Shown: in pieces, positions 14,839 through 29,805 of the stretch
Position numbering within the stretch: position 1 is the first letter of the stretch
How the letters are laid out: each line of letters begins with the position of its first letter
Source of the DNA: Schmidtea polychroa
Lineage: Eukaryota
Length of the DNA: 64,000 nucleotides
Reading direction: 5' to 3'
NCBI GenBank assembly: GCA_044892525.1
Contig: CM097885.1
Coordinates: 49,850,001 to 49,914,000, forward strand
Made by a program: the position numbers and the translations under genes
The notes under the pieces: model-generated
The model's database searches: none
Told to the model about the DNA's origin: nothing
Seen by the model: the letters and a program-made list of their open reading frames with translations, nothing else

Positions 14839-16431
14839 TCGATGAAATAGGTCTGATATTAGAGATTTTTGAGACTTACGAAGCTGTGATTTCAAAGGTG
14901 CAGCGGTTGTAAAAATTTGGCGAGTATGAACTGGCAACTCCATATTACGAATGTAAGCTTTGATTGTATTACATGTCCTATTGTTAAAAAAAAGGAAGCG
15001 TAGATAAATTACTGGCTTGTTGACATGTTTCTTTTGTGTATTATGTCTGTTGAGGTCCGTAAATTAAAATAAATTGAAATGAAATTTAGGATAATAATTG
15101 AAATAAAAAGTAAGTGAAGAAAAAAGACAAATAAAAGCGGGATCATGCACAGAATCGATAGTAAAGGAAAGGTTGATGGAAGCGGTATAAGAAAATGCGA
15201 AAAGCAATTACGAAAGGCAAGAATCCGGAAATCCGAGAAAAATCAATAAATTGTAAAATCATCGAAATAGAATTGGGAAAACGGGACAGGTATAGATTAG
15301 CTAATAGTCAACAAGATGATGGTTAGGGATTTATCAGAAAATGGTTAGGAAGGGTCGAAAAGCATTCAAATGTGTAAAAACGGAAAACGTTAATTAATTA
15401 ATTAATAGGCTAATAGAAAACCCGAGCTAATGGGAAACCCGAGCCAATGGAGGACCCGAGAGATGAAGGAAACCCGAGCTGGGTAAACAAGAAAAATAAA
15501 CAGAAGGAAGATTTGGGCCCATTAAAAATTTCCAAGGTCACTTAAACAAAGTCCACGCCTCATCAAGGTCATTTTCAAGGTCATATGACTCATACTATGA
15601 CTCATCAAGGTCATTTTCAAGGTCATATGACACATCCGATGAGTCATAACAATTTTTAAGGTCATTTAAACAAAGACCATGACTCGTTCAAGGTCATTCT
15701 CCAGGTCATATGACTCATCAGATGAGTTATAAAAATTTTCAAGGTCGATGAAATAGGTCTGATATTAGAGATTTTTGAGACTTACGAAGCTGTGATTTCA
15801 AAGGTGCAGCGGTTGTAAAAATTTGGCGAGTATGAACTGGCAACTCCATATTACGAATGTAAGCTTTGATTGTATTACATGTCCTATTGTTAAAAAAAAG
15901 GAAGCGTAGATAAATTACTGGCTTGTTGACATGTTTCTTTTGTGTATTATGTCTGTTGAGGTCCGTAAATTAAAATAAATTGAAATGAAATTTAGGATAA
16001 TAATTGAAATAAAAAGTAAGTGAAGAAAAAAGACAAATAAAAGCGGGATCATGCACAGAATCGATAGTAAAGGAAAGGTTGATGGAAGCGGTATAAGAAA
16101 ATGCGAAAAGCAATTACGAAAGGCAAGAATCCGGAAATCCGAGAAAAATCAATAAATTGTAAAATCATCGAAATAGAATTGGGAAAACGGGACAGGTATA
16201 GATTAGCTAATAGTCAACAAGATGATGGTTAGGGATTTATCAGAAAATGGTTAGGAAGGGTCGAAAAGCATTCAAATGTGTAAAAACGGAAAACGTTAAT
16301 TAATTAATTAATAGGCTAATAGAAAACCCGAGCTAATGGGAAACCCGAGCCAATGGAGGACCCGAGAGATGAAGGAAACCCGAGCTGGGTAAACAAGAAA
16401 AATAAACAGAAGGAAGATTTGGGCCCATTAA
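14618..16431. repeat. Tandem direct duplication, period 906 bp
   Basis: 14618-15525 appears identical to 15524-16431. Confidence 0.9.
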
Positions 16432-17660
16432 CTTGACACAATGATTAATTGGAAAAGAGCAAGGAGAAGATAATGCGTGTAGAAAGGCCGGGCGGGCTAT
16501 TAATTGTCTTGGTTCGTTGGACCATTATGGGTGACAGCCGAAGCAGATACGTGGAAGCAAATGTCAAGTGAAAGATTGGCTCGGCAATAACTATTTGTCA
16601 TCCCGATTTCGAGGAGTATATAAGGAAAGGGAAAATCAGACCAAATCGGCATTTTGCCTCTGCTAGGGTTAGAAGAAACCGAGTTAGGAATAGGTAAAAC
16701 GAATTAAGGAGATTGGGGAAAAGAAGACATAGAATAGGAATACGAAAGGGTGAAAAAGAAACAAATCAAACAGGAAAAGAGGAAAACATGGGTCAAGAGA
16801 GTCTAAAGAAATAAAAGGTGAATATTATCTATTTACAAAGATTCAATATACGTTGGGTCGTTATTGTTTTGATTTAAAGGACACGAGGAGTCAGAGGTAA
16901 CCGACTTAAATTAACCAAAAATCCAACATGTCTATTAGAGTTATATTCACTCAAAGTATTTTCTACGAACTCCTTTGGGTATCCATTTTGTAAAAACCGT
17001 GTTTCAAAGTTTTCCAGGGTTTCTTGTTTTTTCGTTTTGTCCGAACAGGGCCGTATTGCTCTTTTTCTTTCTCCTACTTATAGAGCGATTTTTCGTTGGA
17101 GTGGAACTTGACTTTCCCAAGAAAGAATGTGTTCACTGTGTAGCATTCTAGTGAATAAATCTGTGTTGAATGTCAGTGTGTCTGGACCTTCAGAAGGACT
17201 TATCATGGTATCTAAGAAAGCAATCTTGCCTTCTGGGTCAGATAGTTCAAGAGTGAATTGTATATTAGTGTTAGTGGAGTTTGCATGTGCCAAGATTATA
17301 TTAAGAGGTACTGTGGAAACTATGAAAATCTCATCAATTTATCTTTTCCACGTCAGGATTTTATCTTCAAAAAATGATCTAATATTAGATTCTACATGAT
17401 GCATCAGCGAAAGGTTATTACACATAGCTAGACCATGAATTTGTTTGAACGGTTTTCCTTTAATTAATACAATATCTGAGTTTATGGCTAGTTTGACAAT
17501 TTCTATGAAATCTTGCTTAGAAAAGTCTACAAAAACAGTTTATGGTTTGAAGGTTTCGAAGAAAGAAGCTGCAACTGTGAAGACGTTGTTCTCTCCAGTA
17601 AGAGGGATGGATCCATAAAGATTTTAAACCTCAAGAGATCCCCAAAAGTATTGTTGTTCT
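15745..17660 (-). pseudogene. Inverted copy of the Penelope-like RT remnant (lacks the GIY-YIG part)
   Basis: Reverse complement of 32459-34372. Confidence 0.85.
15954..16928. mobile_element. Solo LTR (mirror copy of 33189-34163)
   Basis: TGTTG...CAACA ends with 4-bp TSD TGTC; partial third copy at 15048-15525. Confidence 0.75.
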
Positions 17661-20137
17661 AATAAATAATGATTCTATTCATTAATAATAAGGATATTTT
17701 AAATGTAACCTCCCGAATTCTATCTATATATTGTTTGAGTGAAAATATCTGAAGTTGTTTAAAAAGATGTGGAAATTCAAAAATGGAGTACTTAAATGAA
17801 ATTTCACAATTTTGTTTACGTTATAGTATTATTTAATAGAGAATTTAATTTCAAGTATATTGATATTAAAAGTTCTTACAAAAAATAAAAATCAATGACG
17901 TAATCGGTGAATTAAACAAAATTTTAATTATTACCTAATTGATAATTAAAACAAAATTTTAAAAAAATTATATGGGGTAGGGGTTAAGGGGGTTGATTTT
18001 AAAAATTTGATGACTTGAAAATTTGACCTTAAATTGGCGAAAATTGGACTTTGGCCTCATATGTTGACCTTAAACTGTCCTCGGAATGACACTGACCTTA
18101 AGTTGACCTTTAAATGACTTTGACTTTAAGATGACCTTATTAATGATATCCAAATTATCATGTCTTTACTATGAATTCGTTAAATGTTACCTCAAATATC
18201 CACGCATTGTAACTAAGATACAGAAATTTGATTAGTGGTCCAAGTACTTTATTCATTAACTTCCGAAAGTCACAGAAGCAGCAAAAATTCCAAACATCAT
18301 TAAATTGAAGCAATATTTTTCGTTTCTTGTTGAAAATGCAGTTTTCTTTTTGTCTATCAAAAAGATTTTGTTTAATTCTTCCATTCATGATTCCATGTTT
18401 GATCTTCATTCAACATTGTAGCTTTTGCATAATTTATCTATATAAGTTGAATAGCAGAAGTATTTTCATTTTTTATTTCATAAAATTTGATAATGCTATC
18501 TTTCATTTCTTCGAATGTTTTCAGACCTTGTAGTTTCAAATCTTTCTTTCTTTCATTATCTCCAATGGCATTTTGAATTAAAAATAGTGTCAAGTAATCT
18601 TCAGTCAGGTTGTGTTAAACTACACTTAATCTACACTTAAACTACACCGTAATCGAACCAGTTCATCTTTGAGCTCATTTGCCAAATTTGATATTTTAAT
18701 AAAAGCATTTTGAGTTTTCATTGATCAAATTTCAAAGTTGCTTCCATTGATAAAAATGCCTTGATAAAAATATTTTTCAGTGATCTTCTGGCGTTTGAGT
18801 AAGTTCAAAAATTTGTTTATTTCTTCAATAAAATTTTCTACATTATCACCAACTTCGAATAAATTGCAACTTCGGCGTGGTTGCTATGTTAAAAGATCTA
18901 ACTTTATTCATAAGCTGTTTAAAGAATATATTATTAGTAGATGGATTGGGCACCGCTGGCACAGGGCACCGCTAGCACAGTACCCCCCCCCCCGTCGTAA
19001 AATTTTTAAAAAATTCTAAGTCTAAAAGTACATTTTTTTTCAAGGTCAAATTTAAACAAAGACATATGACTCATCAAGGTCATTGAAACAAAGACCATGA
19101 CTCATCCTATGACTCATCAAATTTCTCAAGGTCAGTTAAACAAAGACCATGACTCATCCTATGACTCATCAAGGTCATCTCAAGGGCATATGACTCATAA
19201 TATGACTCGTAAAGGGGCAAAATTTTTTTCAAGGTCGCTTAAACAAAGACCATGACTCATCAAGGTCATTTTCAAGGTCATATGACTCATCTGATGAGTC
19301 ATAAAAATTTTCAAGGTCATTTAAACAAAGACCATGACTCATTCAAAGTCATTCTCAAGGTCATATGACTCATTCAAAGTCATTCTCAAGGTCATATGAC
19401 TCATCCAAGGTCATTCTCAAGGTCTTATGCCTCATTCAAGGTCATTCTCAAGGTCACCTGAGTCATACTATGACTCATCAAGGTCATTTTCAAGGTCACA
19501 TGAGTCATCATATTATTATTTTTAAAAAATATTATTATTTTATTATTATTTTTTCAAAATATTATTAAGTGTGCTAGCGGTGCCCTACTATTTGGCATGC
19601 CAAAAGTTATCGTTCCCATCATTTTATTTCATAGCTTTTTTTGAAGCTTGGTGCAAGACCTTTCGAATGAGCTATTGAAAGTATCATCATCATCACTATT
19701 GACAAAGTTATTAACATATTCCCGAGACCATTTTCAAGGTCATATAATTATTATTATTTTTCAAAAATATTATTAAGTGTGCTAGCGGTGCCCTACTATT
19801 TGGCATGCCAAAAGTTATCGTTCCCATCATCTTATTTCATCGATCGATAGCTTATTTTGAAGCTTGGTGCAAGACCTTTCGAATAAATCATAATGATCAT
19901 CACCATCATTAATATTGGCAAAGTTATTAACATTTTCCCGAGACCATTTTCAAGGTCATTTGACTATTTTATTATTATTTTTTAAAATATTATTTTTTTT
20001 CTAGGTCATATTTAAAAATTTACATTTACAGAGTTCACGCAAACGAAAATTATTCAACGACAGCTCATTTGAAAGCCCAATCCAAGACCTTTCAAATGAG
20101 CCATATATCTCATTATTAACATTATTATTTCTAAAGA

Positions 20138-20426
<289 letters not shown>

Positions 20427-20569
20427 ATATATATACTCCGAGTTTATCCGACAAAATATTCTGTCCCCCCATGGGTAATGCTCACAAAGGTACTGCTCAC
20501 GCTCAACAACTCGCATTCGATTATTTTATTTTTTTAAGGTCATATCATTATTTTTCAAAATATTGCGTA

Positions 20570-21460
20570 ATAATAATAATTTTCTTTAAATCGTTGATTA
20601 TATGATAATATTTTTATTTTTGTTATAATTATCGATTACTTAATAATTTAATTTTGTTTAAATCGTTGATTATATAATAATATTTTTGTTTTTGTTTTAA
20701 TTATCGATTACTTAATAATTTAATTTTGTTTAAATCGTTGATTATATAATAATATTTTTATTTTTGTTTTAATTATCGATTATTTAATAATTTCATTTTG
20801 TTTAAATCGTTAATTATATAATAATATTTTTTGTTTTAATTATCAATTACATAATAATTTCATTTTGTTTAAATCGTTGATTATATTATTTTTTTGTTTT
20901 AATTATCGATTACGTTATTTTTTTTTCAAGGTCATATTATTATTTTTCAAAATATTATTATTTTCAAGGTCATATTATTAATTTGCAAAATATTATTATT
21001 TTCAAGGTTATATTATTATTTTTCAAAATATTATTATTTTCAAGGTCATATTATTATTTTTCAAAATATTATTATTTTCAAGGTCATATTATTACTTTTC
21101 AAAATATTATTATTTTCAAGGTCATATTATTATTTTTTGTTTTAATTATCAATTACTTAATTTAATTTTGTTTAAATCGTTGATTATATTATTTTTTTGT
21201 TTTAATTATCAATTACATAATAATTTCGTTTTGTTTAAATCGTTGATTATATCATTTTTTTGTTTTAATTATCGATTACGTTTGTTTAAATTATCGATTA
21301 TGTAATAATTTAATTTTGTTTAAATCGTTGATAATATTATTTTTTTGTTTTAATTATCAAATACATAATAATTTCGTTTTGTTTAAATCGTTGATTATAT
21401 CATTTTTTTGTTTTAATTATCGATTATGTTTGTTTAAATTATCGATTATGTAATTATTTA
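20570..21460. repeat. ~60-70-bp AT-rich minisatellite (TTTAAATCGTTGATTAT...TTAATTATCGATTAC); mirrored at ~28810-29420
   Basis: Tandem units visible directly. Confidence 0.85.
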
Positions 21461-21547
21461 ATTTATTATTATTGGGAAAGATAATAACGCCCGCGCGGAA
21501 GATGTTATTTTCAAAATTATTATTATTATTTTCAAAGTTTTAATCAA

Positions 21548-21632
<85 letters not shown>

Positions 21633-21660
21633 ATTATTATTATTATTATTATTATTATTA

Positions 21661-21740
<80 letters not shown>

Positions 21741-24700
21741 ATTTTCAAAGTTATTTTGAAAATTCTTCTTCTTATTATTATTATAATTTACAAATATTCT
21801 TAAAACTTAATTTCTACCTCAATTACATGATTTTCAACATTTTCATCATTTGCATGATTATTTTAATAATTTTCAATATTTTCATAATTTCCAACATTTT
21901 CATGATTTTCATAATTATTAATATTTTCATGGATTTTTAACATTTTCATAATTTTCTACATTTTCAATATTTTCATTATTATTTCAGGAACATTTTCATA
22001 GGTACTGGTGTGTTTTAATGTTTTTATTTAGGCAAATATTTGGTTATTATTTAGCATTAAATTCATTGGTAATTTTTAGAGTTAGCGGGATTTTACTAAC
22101 ATTATTACTAACCATTTTGTGAATAATTGAAAATTTAAGGTCTAATTTAAATTCTAAGACAAATTTAATTAATTTCTGGATAATTTGCTATATTTTATTG
22201 ACTTGTTTTTAAATTTAATTTTAAATAAAAATTATTTTTAATGACAGTTAGGTTAATATTTAGAGTTTTTACAATAATCAAGTGATAATTATTTAATTTT
22301 TGTAAAAATTATTGTAAAATATACTGAAATTTGTGATTTTGAAAGATATATCACGGTTATAATTGCTATATAATTGGCTGAATCGATGAAGAATTATGAT
22401 CAATATATTTCATCTCTAGTTAGGTATTTGATGGTAAATGTGGTGAAATATTTGTAGAAAATATTGATTTTAGTGAATTTTGATCTTTTAGTGAGCTCTT
22501 ACTATATGAATTTAGATACTAAATTATTTCAATGGAAGGATGTCTGTAACAATTAAATAAAATTCATATTTTGAAGAATTTTCTATGGATTTTAAGAGAA
22601 TTGATATATTAAAGTCGGTTGGATTTAGTGAAGGTTTAGTTAAGATGGTAATAAATGATTTTTAAAGGGGGGTATTTAAAGGGGTAGAAATATTTAGTGA
22701 GGGATCGGTTAAGGTGGAAATGTTTGAAATCTCTATTTAAATCGACAATGTTCTTATTGATAAAATATCAAAGGGACATAGTCAGTATTTAGCTATGAAT
22801 TAATAATAGTTCCTGTGAAATTATATCGTTTTAGAGGTTTATTAGGTTGTGATGAATGTTATTGCACAGTAATTTATGTTTTAGAACCAATTTTTATTAA
22901 TTAACCATTGTTTTATTAAGTCGTTTAGGGTTAATGATCTATTTACTTGGTTTTGACAATGAAATATTTGAAATCTTTAGAATTAATTGGGATTGATATC
23001 AAAGGTTATTAAATTATTTTATTTAAGAAGTTATTTTATTCATTGTGGGGAAATATTGAGAAATATTGACTTAAAAGTTGGAAATCGACAACAGCTAAAG
23101 AAAATTGATCTTTATTGAAAATATTTTATGATTTTAATTAGATTTCTAGAAATTAAATCGGTTGAATATTAAGGGTAAAATCTATTGAAGAAATATAGTT
23201 ATCGGATGGATAAATCTTTCAATGATATTTTGCTAAATTACCTTTGTTAAATATTATTTTAAATGACTAAAAAAGAGAAAATTAACCAATATTCTTAAAT
23301 TATTCGCACAAAATATCGCTGTTTTGGTAAAAGGTTACTCAAAATCCCTATTTAATAATGTTAAGCATGTATTTCTCACAAAGATATATTACACCCAATG
23401 ATCATCTCAATAAATTAGAAAAGAATTGTAACCCTATATTTCTAACTAATAAGCACCTTAATTGGTTAAATGATAACTAAATGATCATGTTTCTATTATG
23501 ACTCCTTTTGCCTCAAACAAAGATAGAAATTTACTCCAAATGATAAAGACTTTCTACCAAAATTATCAATCAATATATGTTGTTATTAATGAATATGCAT
23601 TTCCCACGAAGTTATATTAACTATTGTAATGAACATTACATGAATAAATTACCTATGAAATACTAAATATTCATATCTTACCTTTTGCTAAATATTATTT
23701 TAAATGACTAAACATGACAAAGTTAACCAATAAATTAGTCGCTCGAAATGAGAATTCGGTAAGTTACATTCAAAATATTCACGAATTTCTGATATATATG
23801 ATCATCCATTTCTCACTAAATTACCTAAGAAAATTTAACTAATATACATGTGCTTTAATTAATATACCCTTGCGACATGTTGAATGTAAGCAGTACCCTT
23901 GCGACATGTTGAATGTAAGCAGTACCCTTACGATAAATACACATAGGGGGACAAAATATATTGTCGGATAAATTCAGACTATATATAAAAACTTACAATA
24001 TGCTATGGTTTTTATTGATTAATTTGTTGTATATTGCATTGATACATCAAAATGTCAGATAATATTTATAAATTAACTAAAAAATACTATATTACCTAAG
24101 AATTCAGTTATGTTTCTAGTTAAATAATTGAGATAATTGGTATTACTATCAACTATATAAAAAAATTTGTTATGAATCCAAGAATATTTTAATTAAATGG
24201 TACAGCCAAAAACCATGGATTTCTAACTAAATTTTTAAATTTATCTGGAAATATTTTACTTAAGAAATTGCTATATATTTAAAATAACCATGTACTTTTC
24301 ACTAAATTGCCTAAAAATTTGCTATATGGTATTGTTAAATAATCATAATAATAAAATTAAAAATAATAATATTATGAAAAAATAATATAATTGTATGACT
24401 AATAAATTTGCAATACAAGTGCATAATTAACAAAGACTTAGCAATAAATGGGCATGATTAACAAAGACACTAGAAATATTATCTTTACATTTTGTCGAAG
24501 ATGATTATGGCAGTAATATCTGAGGAGAATCAATGAACAGAAGAAAAGCATCATTATGATTTATAATAATTGTAAATATAATTTTATATATAATTGTAAA
24601 TTTCCATATATATAAATAACACTATATAAAAAAATTAATACAAATATTAAAACAAAATGAATATGTTTTAATCAAAAAGTATTACAATAAAACAATAAAT

Positions 24701-25017
24701 TTATAAAAACAAATTAAAACATTTATTTCCGAAAAAATAATAACCAATACATCCAGCATCTTCATGGTTCTTGCGAAGATCTTTTTCCATTTTGATGAAC
24801 TCATGGGTATATTTCATTCTGAATAATCTAAAAATAATATTATAAATACCATTCCCTTCATCATATCATCAACATTTGGTAGTTGCGCCCAATATAATTA
24901 ATTACCAAGCTGATTTCATATTATTCAATGTTTGAAAATTTCCTACATTATAGTACCGTCATTATGTCTGTTAATAATTCATTTGACTTTGATATTGTAT
25001 TGATTTGTATTGAGAAC

Positions 25018-25200
25018 TTACATGTATATAGTATGATATTCATTAATCAGTATTAAACAGGCTTGACGATTGCGAACATTCTTCTCGTGACACTTAGAAC
25101 AAACAATTACGTGACCACACGGTAAATACAAAATCGAAACTTGATTTTCTTTACAAATTGAACAGGTTAAATACCTTTTCTTAACATCGTTCAGTTTTCC
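25018..25200 (-). pseudogene. IAP/MDM2-type C-terminal RING finger remnant
   Basis: Manual translation: TCSICKENQVSILYLPCGHVIVCSKCHEKNVRNRQAC..IYM*; seventh Zn ligand changed to Arg. Confidence 0.75.
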
Positions 25201-25898
25201 GTTAGCTTATTTTCAATCAAGTCGGCTTTTGCTATCCATTCATAAATCAATATACTATATCCCGGTTTCAACCTTAAATACATGCAACTCCAAAAGTAAT
25301 TCATTCAGTGAATCGTTGTTTACCACTGTTTTTTCTAAATACATTAAATAACTAGATAACTTCAAAATGCATTTATCATAATTAAATAAATCAATCAAAT
25401 ATTCAATAGAGGAATGTTTGAAAATTTTTAAAATATTTATGATTTGCTTATCACTGTAAGTATCATGATTATTTATAAAATCTTCAACTGTGTTGTTGAA
25501 AAATTTCAATGAAATTTCAGAATAGGTTGGACTTAATTTTTCCTTATTTCTAGTAGGACATAAGTGACATATATAAAAAATATTGACAAAATAATAAAGT
25601 TACCAAATGTGTTTTGTGATTTACACATTCATATTCAACAGTTTTACTTGTAGAAATCATCAGTAATAAATTTCTTAATAAATAAATTACTTTTGTTTTT
25701 ACATTTATAAAAATTGAGATAGCCAATCAAATTAGAGTTTTCAAAATTTAGAAATTGTAACCATGGTTGAACCTTCAAATGTCTAAGTAAGATCATATTG
25801 TATAACAATAATAATAAGCATGACTAGTAACCTTGCAACCTGTTGAGTGTGAGCAGTACCCATAGGGGGACAAAATATTTTGTCGGATAGACTAGGAG

Positions 25899-25979
<81 letters not shown>

Positions 25980-26025
25980 AATAAAATGATAATTTAAGCC
26001 TTTTGCTGCAAATAATGTATTTAAT

Positions 26026-26064
26026 GAAAGAATTTTCGACTATACGATAGTCCTTGTCAATCTC
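26026..26064 (-). ncRNA. Minimal hammerhead-ribozyme-like motif (PLE type)
   Basis: Inverted copy of 26945-26983. Confidence 0.55.
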
Positions 26065-26944
26065 CTGGAATTTAGCAATGTTCTTCTTCAAAATACCCTT
26101 CAATCTTTCTTTTATTTCCTTTCTCTTAATTCTCATTGGTTGTAAATATAATGAATTGTTTTACTAAAAACTTTTAAAATTTTTTTATAATTTTTACATT
26201 TAAAATTTCAAAATGACACAAACTAAAATTTTTAAATTTTTTACAGCTTCTATAATTAGCTTCTAGAAGCCTAATAAAATATTTGAAAATATTTTAAATA
26301 AAGCCTCCAATAACTACTTATATAGGCTATTTAAATATTTCAATAAATGTGTCAATTTTGATTTTCAAACCCTATTTTTTAAAATTTTTTTCTATATTAT
26401 TCTAATTATTACTTTTTAATTTATTCTTATTTTTTTAATTTCTTTGTATATTGTCAGTTATTCTCAAAGTCAATGACAACAGATCAAATTCATGATTTCA
26501 TTGATTTCTTCTTTAGTGTTGATCTTTGGCTGTCTGTTTATTATGAGAATTGCTTCTTTGATTCTGACATTTTTCTTTTGGATGTTTCCATTAGCTATGA
26601 TTTCTATTGAAATATTTTTTCTTTCCTCTGTTGGCTGACACTGAAAATCAAAATTGACACATTTATTGAAATATTTAAATAGCCTATATAAGTAGTTATT
26701 GGAGGCTTTATTTAAAATATTTTCAAATATTTTATTAGGCTTCTAGAAGCTAATTATAGAAGCTGTAAAAAATTTAAAAATTTTAGTTTGTGTCATTTTG
26801 AAATTTTAAATGTAAAAATTATAAAAAAATTTTAAAAGTTTTTAGTAAAACAATTCATTATATTTACAACCAATGAGAATTAAGAGAAAGGAAATAAAAG
26901 AAAGATTGAAGGGTATTTTGAAGAAGAACATTGCTAAATTCCAG

Positions 26945-26983
26945 GAGATTGACAAGGACTATCGTATAGTCGAAAATTCTTTC
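26945..26983 (+). ncRNA. Minimal hammerhead-ribozyme-like motif (PLE type)
   Basis: GAGA-TTGACAAG-GACTAT(CGT)ATAGTC-GAAA-ATTC-TTTC: variant core, perfect 6-bp stem II, GAAA, short stem I. Confidence 0.55.
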
Positions 26984-27109
26984 ATTAAATACATTATTTG
27001 CAGCAAAAGGCTTAAATTATCATTTTATTGTTTTAAATAATAAATGCTGCTACCAAGCAATCATCATTTTATACAATAATAATAATAATAATAATAATAA
27101 TATACTTTG

Positions 27110-27491
27110 AAAATAAATAATAAGAAATTTGAAAATAATTTTGAAAATGATAATAATAATATTTTATAAATAAACTAAGAATTTTGAAGAAAATAATGAT
27201 GAAAATATTGAAAATCGTGAAAATTATGAAAATGTTAAAAATCATGAAAATATAGAAAATGATGAAAATGTTCCTGAAAATGTTGAAAATCGTGAAAATA
27301 TGGAAAATAATGAAAATGTTCATGAAAATGATGAAAATATTGAAAATGATGAAAACGTTAAAAATTATGAAAATGTTCCTGAAAATAATCATCAAATATT
27401 GAAAATCGTAAATTGATGCAGAAATTAAGTTTTATGAATATTTAAGTAAATAATAATAAAACATCGAAAATAAAATAATGAGAACTTCGCA

Positions 27492-27541
<50 letters not shown>

Positions 27542-27758
27542 CTTTGAAAATAATTTGAAAATAATACTTTGAAAAATATTCGATGAAAAAATCCTGAAAT
27601 AATCATGAAAATGTAGAAAATTATTAAAATAATCATGCAAATGATGAAAATGTTGAAAATCATGTAATTGACGTAGAAATTATAAATATTTTATAAATAT
27701 TTAAGTAAATAATAATAATGAAACTTCTAAATTAAAATAATAATTAGAACTTTCTAAA

Positions 27759-27801
<43 letters not shown>

Positions 27802-28077
27802 TCTTTGAAAATAATTCTTTAAAAATAATACTTTGAAAAATATTTGATGAAAATGTTCCTGAAATAATCATGAAAATGTTGAAAATCCTGAAAATGCTGA
27901 AAATCATGAAAATGTTGAAAATCGTGAAAATATTGAAAATGTAGAAAATTATGAAAATAATGAAAATTATTAAAATATTCATGCAAATGATGAAAATATT
28001 CATGCAAATGATGAAAAGGTTGAAAATCATGAAATTGACGTAGAAATAAAGTTTTATGAATATTTGCAATAATAATC

Positions 28078-28108
<31 letters not shown>

Positions 28109-28420
28109 AACTTTGTAAATAATAATAAAAGTAATAATAAGAACTGTTTGAAAATAAGCTAACGGAAATATTACTTTGAAAAATATTTGATGAAAATGTT
28201 CATGTAACTAATGAAAATGTTCCTGAAATAATAATGAAAATATTGAAAATGTAGAAAATTATGAAAATGTTAAAAATCCATGAAAATATTAATAATTATG
28301 AAAATCATGAAAATGTTGGAAATTATGAAAATATTGAAAATTATTAAAATAATCATGCAAATGATGAAAATGTTGAAAATCATGTAATTGAGGTAGAAAT
28401 TAAGTTTTATGAATATTTGT
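27110..28420. repeat. Degenerate 9-bp (GAAAATVWT) tandem array with higher-order ~300-400-bp units
   Basis: Visible directly; source of the F/I/N-rich spurious ORFs. Confidence 0.85.
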
Positions 28421-28469
28421 AAATTATAATAATGATAAGAAGAAGAATTTTCAAAATAACTTTGAAAAT

Positions 28470-28620
<151 letters not shown>

Positions 28621-28629
28621 TTAATAATA

Positions 28630-28719
<90 letters not shown>

Positions 28720-29573
28720 TTGATTAAAACTTTGAAAATAATAATAATAATTTTGAAAATAACATCTTCCGCGCGGGCGTTATTATCTTTCCCAATAATA
28801 ATAAATTAAATAATTACATAATCGATAATTTAAACAAACGTAATCGATAATTAAAACAAAAAAATGATATAATCAACGATTTAAACAAAACGAAATTATT
28901 ATGTATTTGATAATTAAAACAAAAAAATAATATAATCAACGATTTAAACAAAATTAAATTATTAAGTAATTGATAATTAAAACAAAAAATAATAATATGA
29001 CCTTGAAAATAATAATATTTTGAAAAGTAATAATATGACCATGAAAATAATAATATTTTGAAAAGTAATAATATGACCTTGAAAATAATAATATTTTGAA
29101 AAATAATAATATGACCTTGAAAATAATAATATGACCTTGAAAATAATAATATTTTGAAAAATAATAATATGAGCTTGAAAATAATAATATTTTGAAAAAT
29201 AATAATATGACCTTGAAAAAAAAATAACGTAATCGATAATTAAAACAAAAAAATAATATAATCAACGATTTAAACAAAATGAAATTATTATGTAATTGAT
29301 AATTAAAACAAAAAATATTATTATATAATTAACGATTTAAACAAAATGAAATTATTAAATAATCGATAATTAAAACAAAAATAAAAATATTATTATATAA
29401 TCAACGATTTAAAGAAAATTATTATTATTACGCAATATTTTGAAAAATAATGATATGACCTTAAAAAAATAAAATAATCGAATGCGAGTTGTTGAGCGTG
29501 AGCAGTACCTTTGCGAGCATTACCCATGGGGGGACAGAATATTTTGTCGGATAAACTCGGAGTATATATATAT

Positions 29574-29679
<106 letters not shown>

Positions 29680-29687
29680 TTAATAAT

Positions 29688-29738
<51 letters not shown>

Positions 29739-29750
29739 TATAAAAATAAT

Positions 29751-29805
<55 letters not shown>

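Larger units (their letters stand above)
25977..27031 (-). mobile_element. 5'-truncated Penelope-like element with inverted pseudo-LTR
   Basis: Inverted arms ~25977-26367 and ~26642-27031 flank a GIY-YIG-type C-terminal tail (RIKEAILIINRQPKINTKEE) on the minus strand. Confidence 0.75.
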
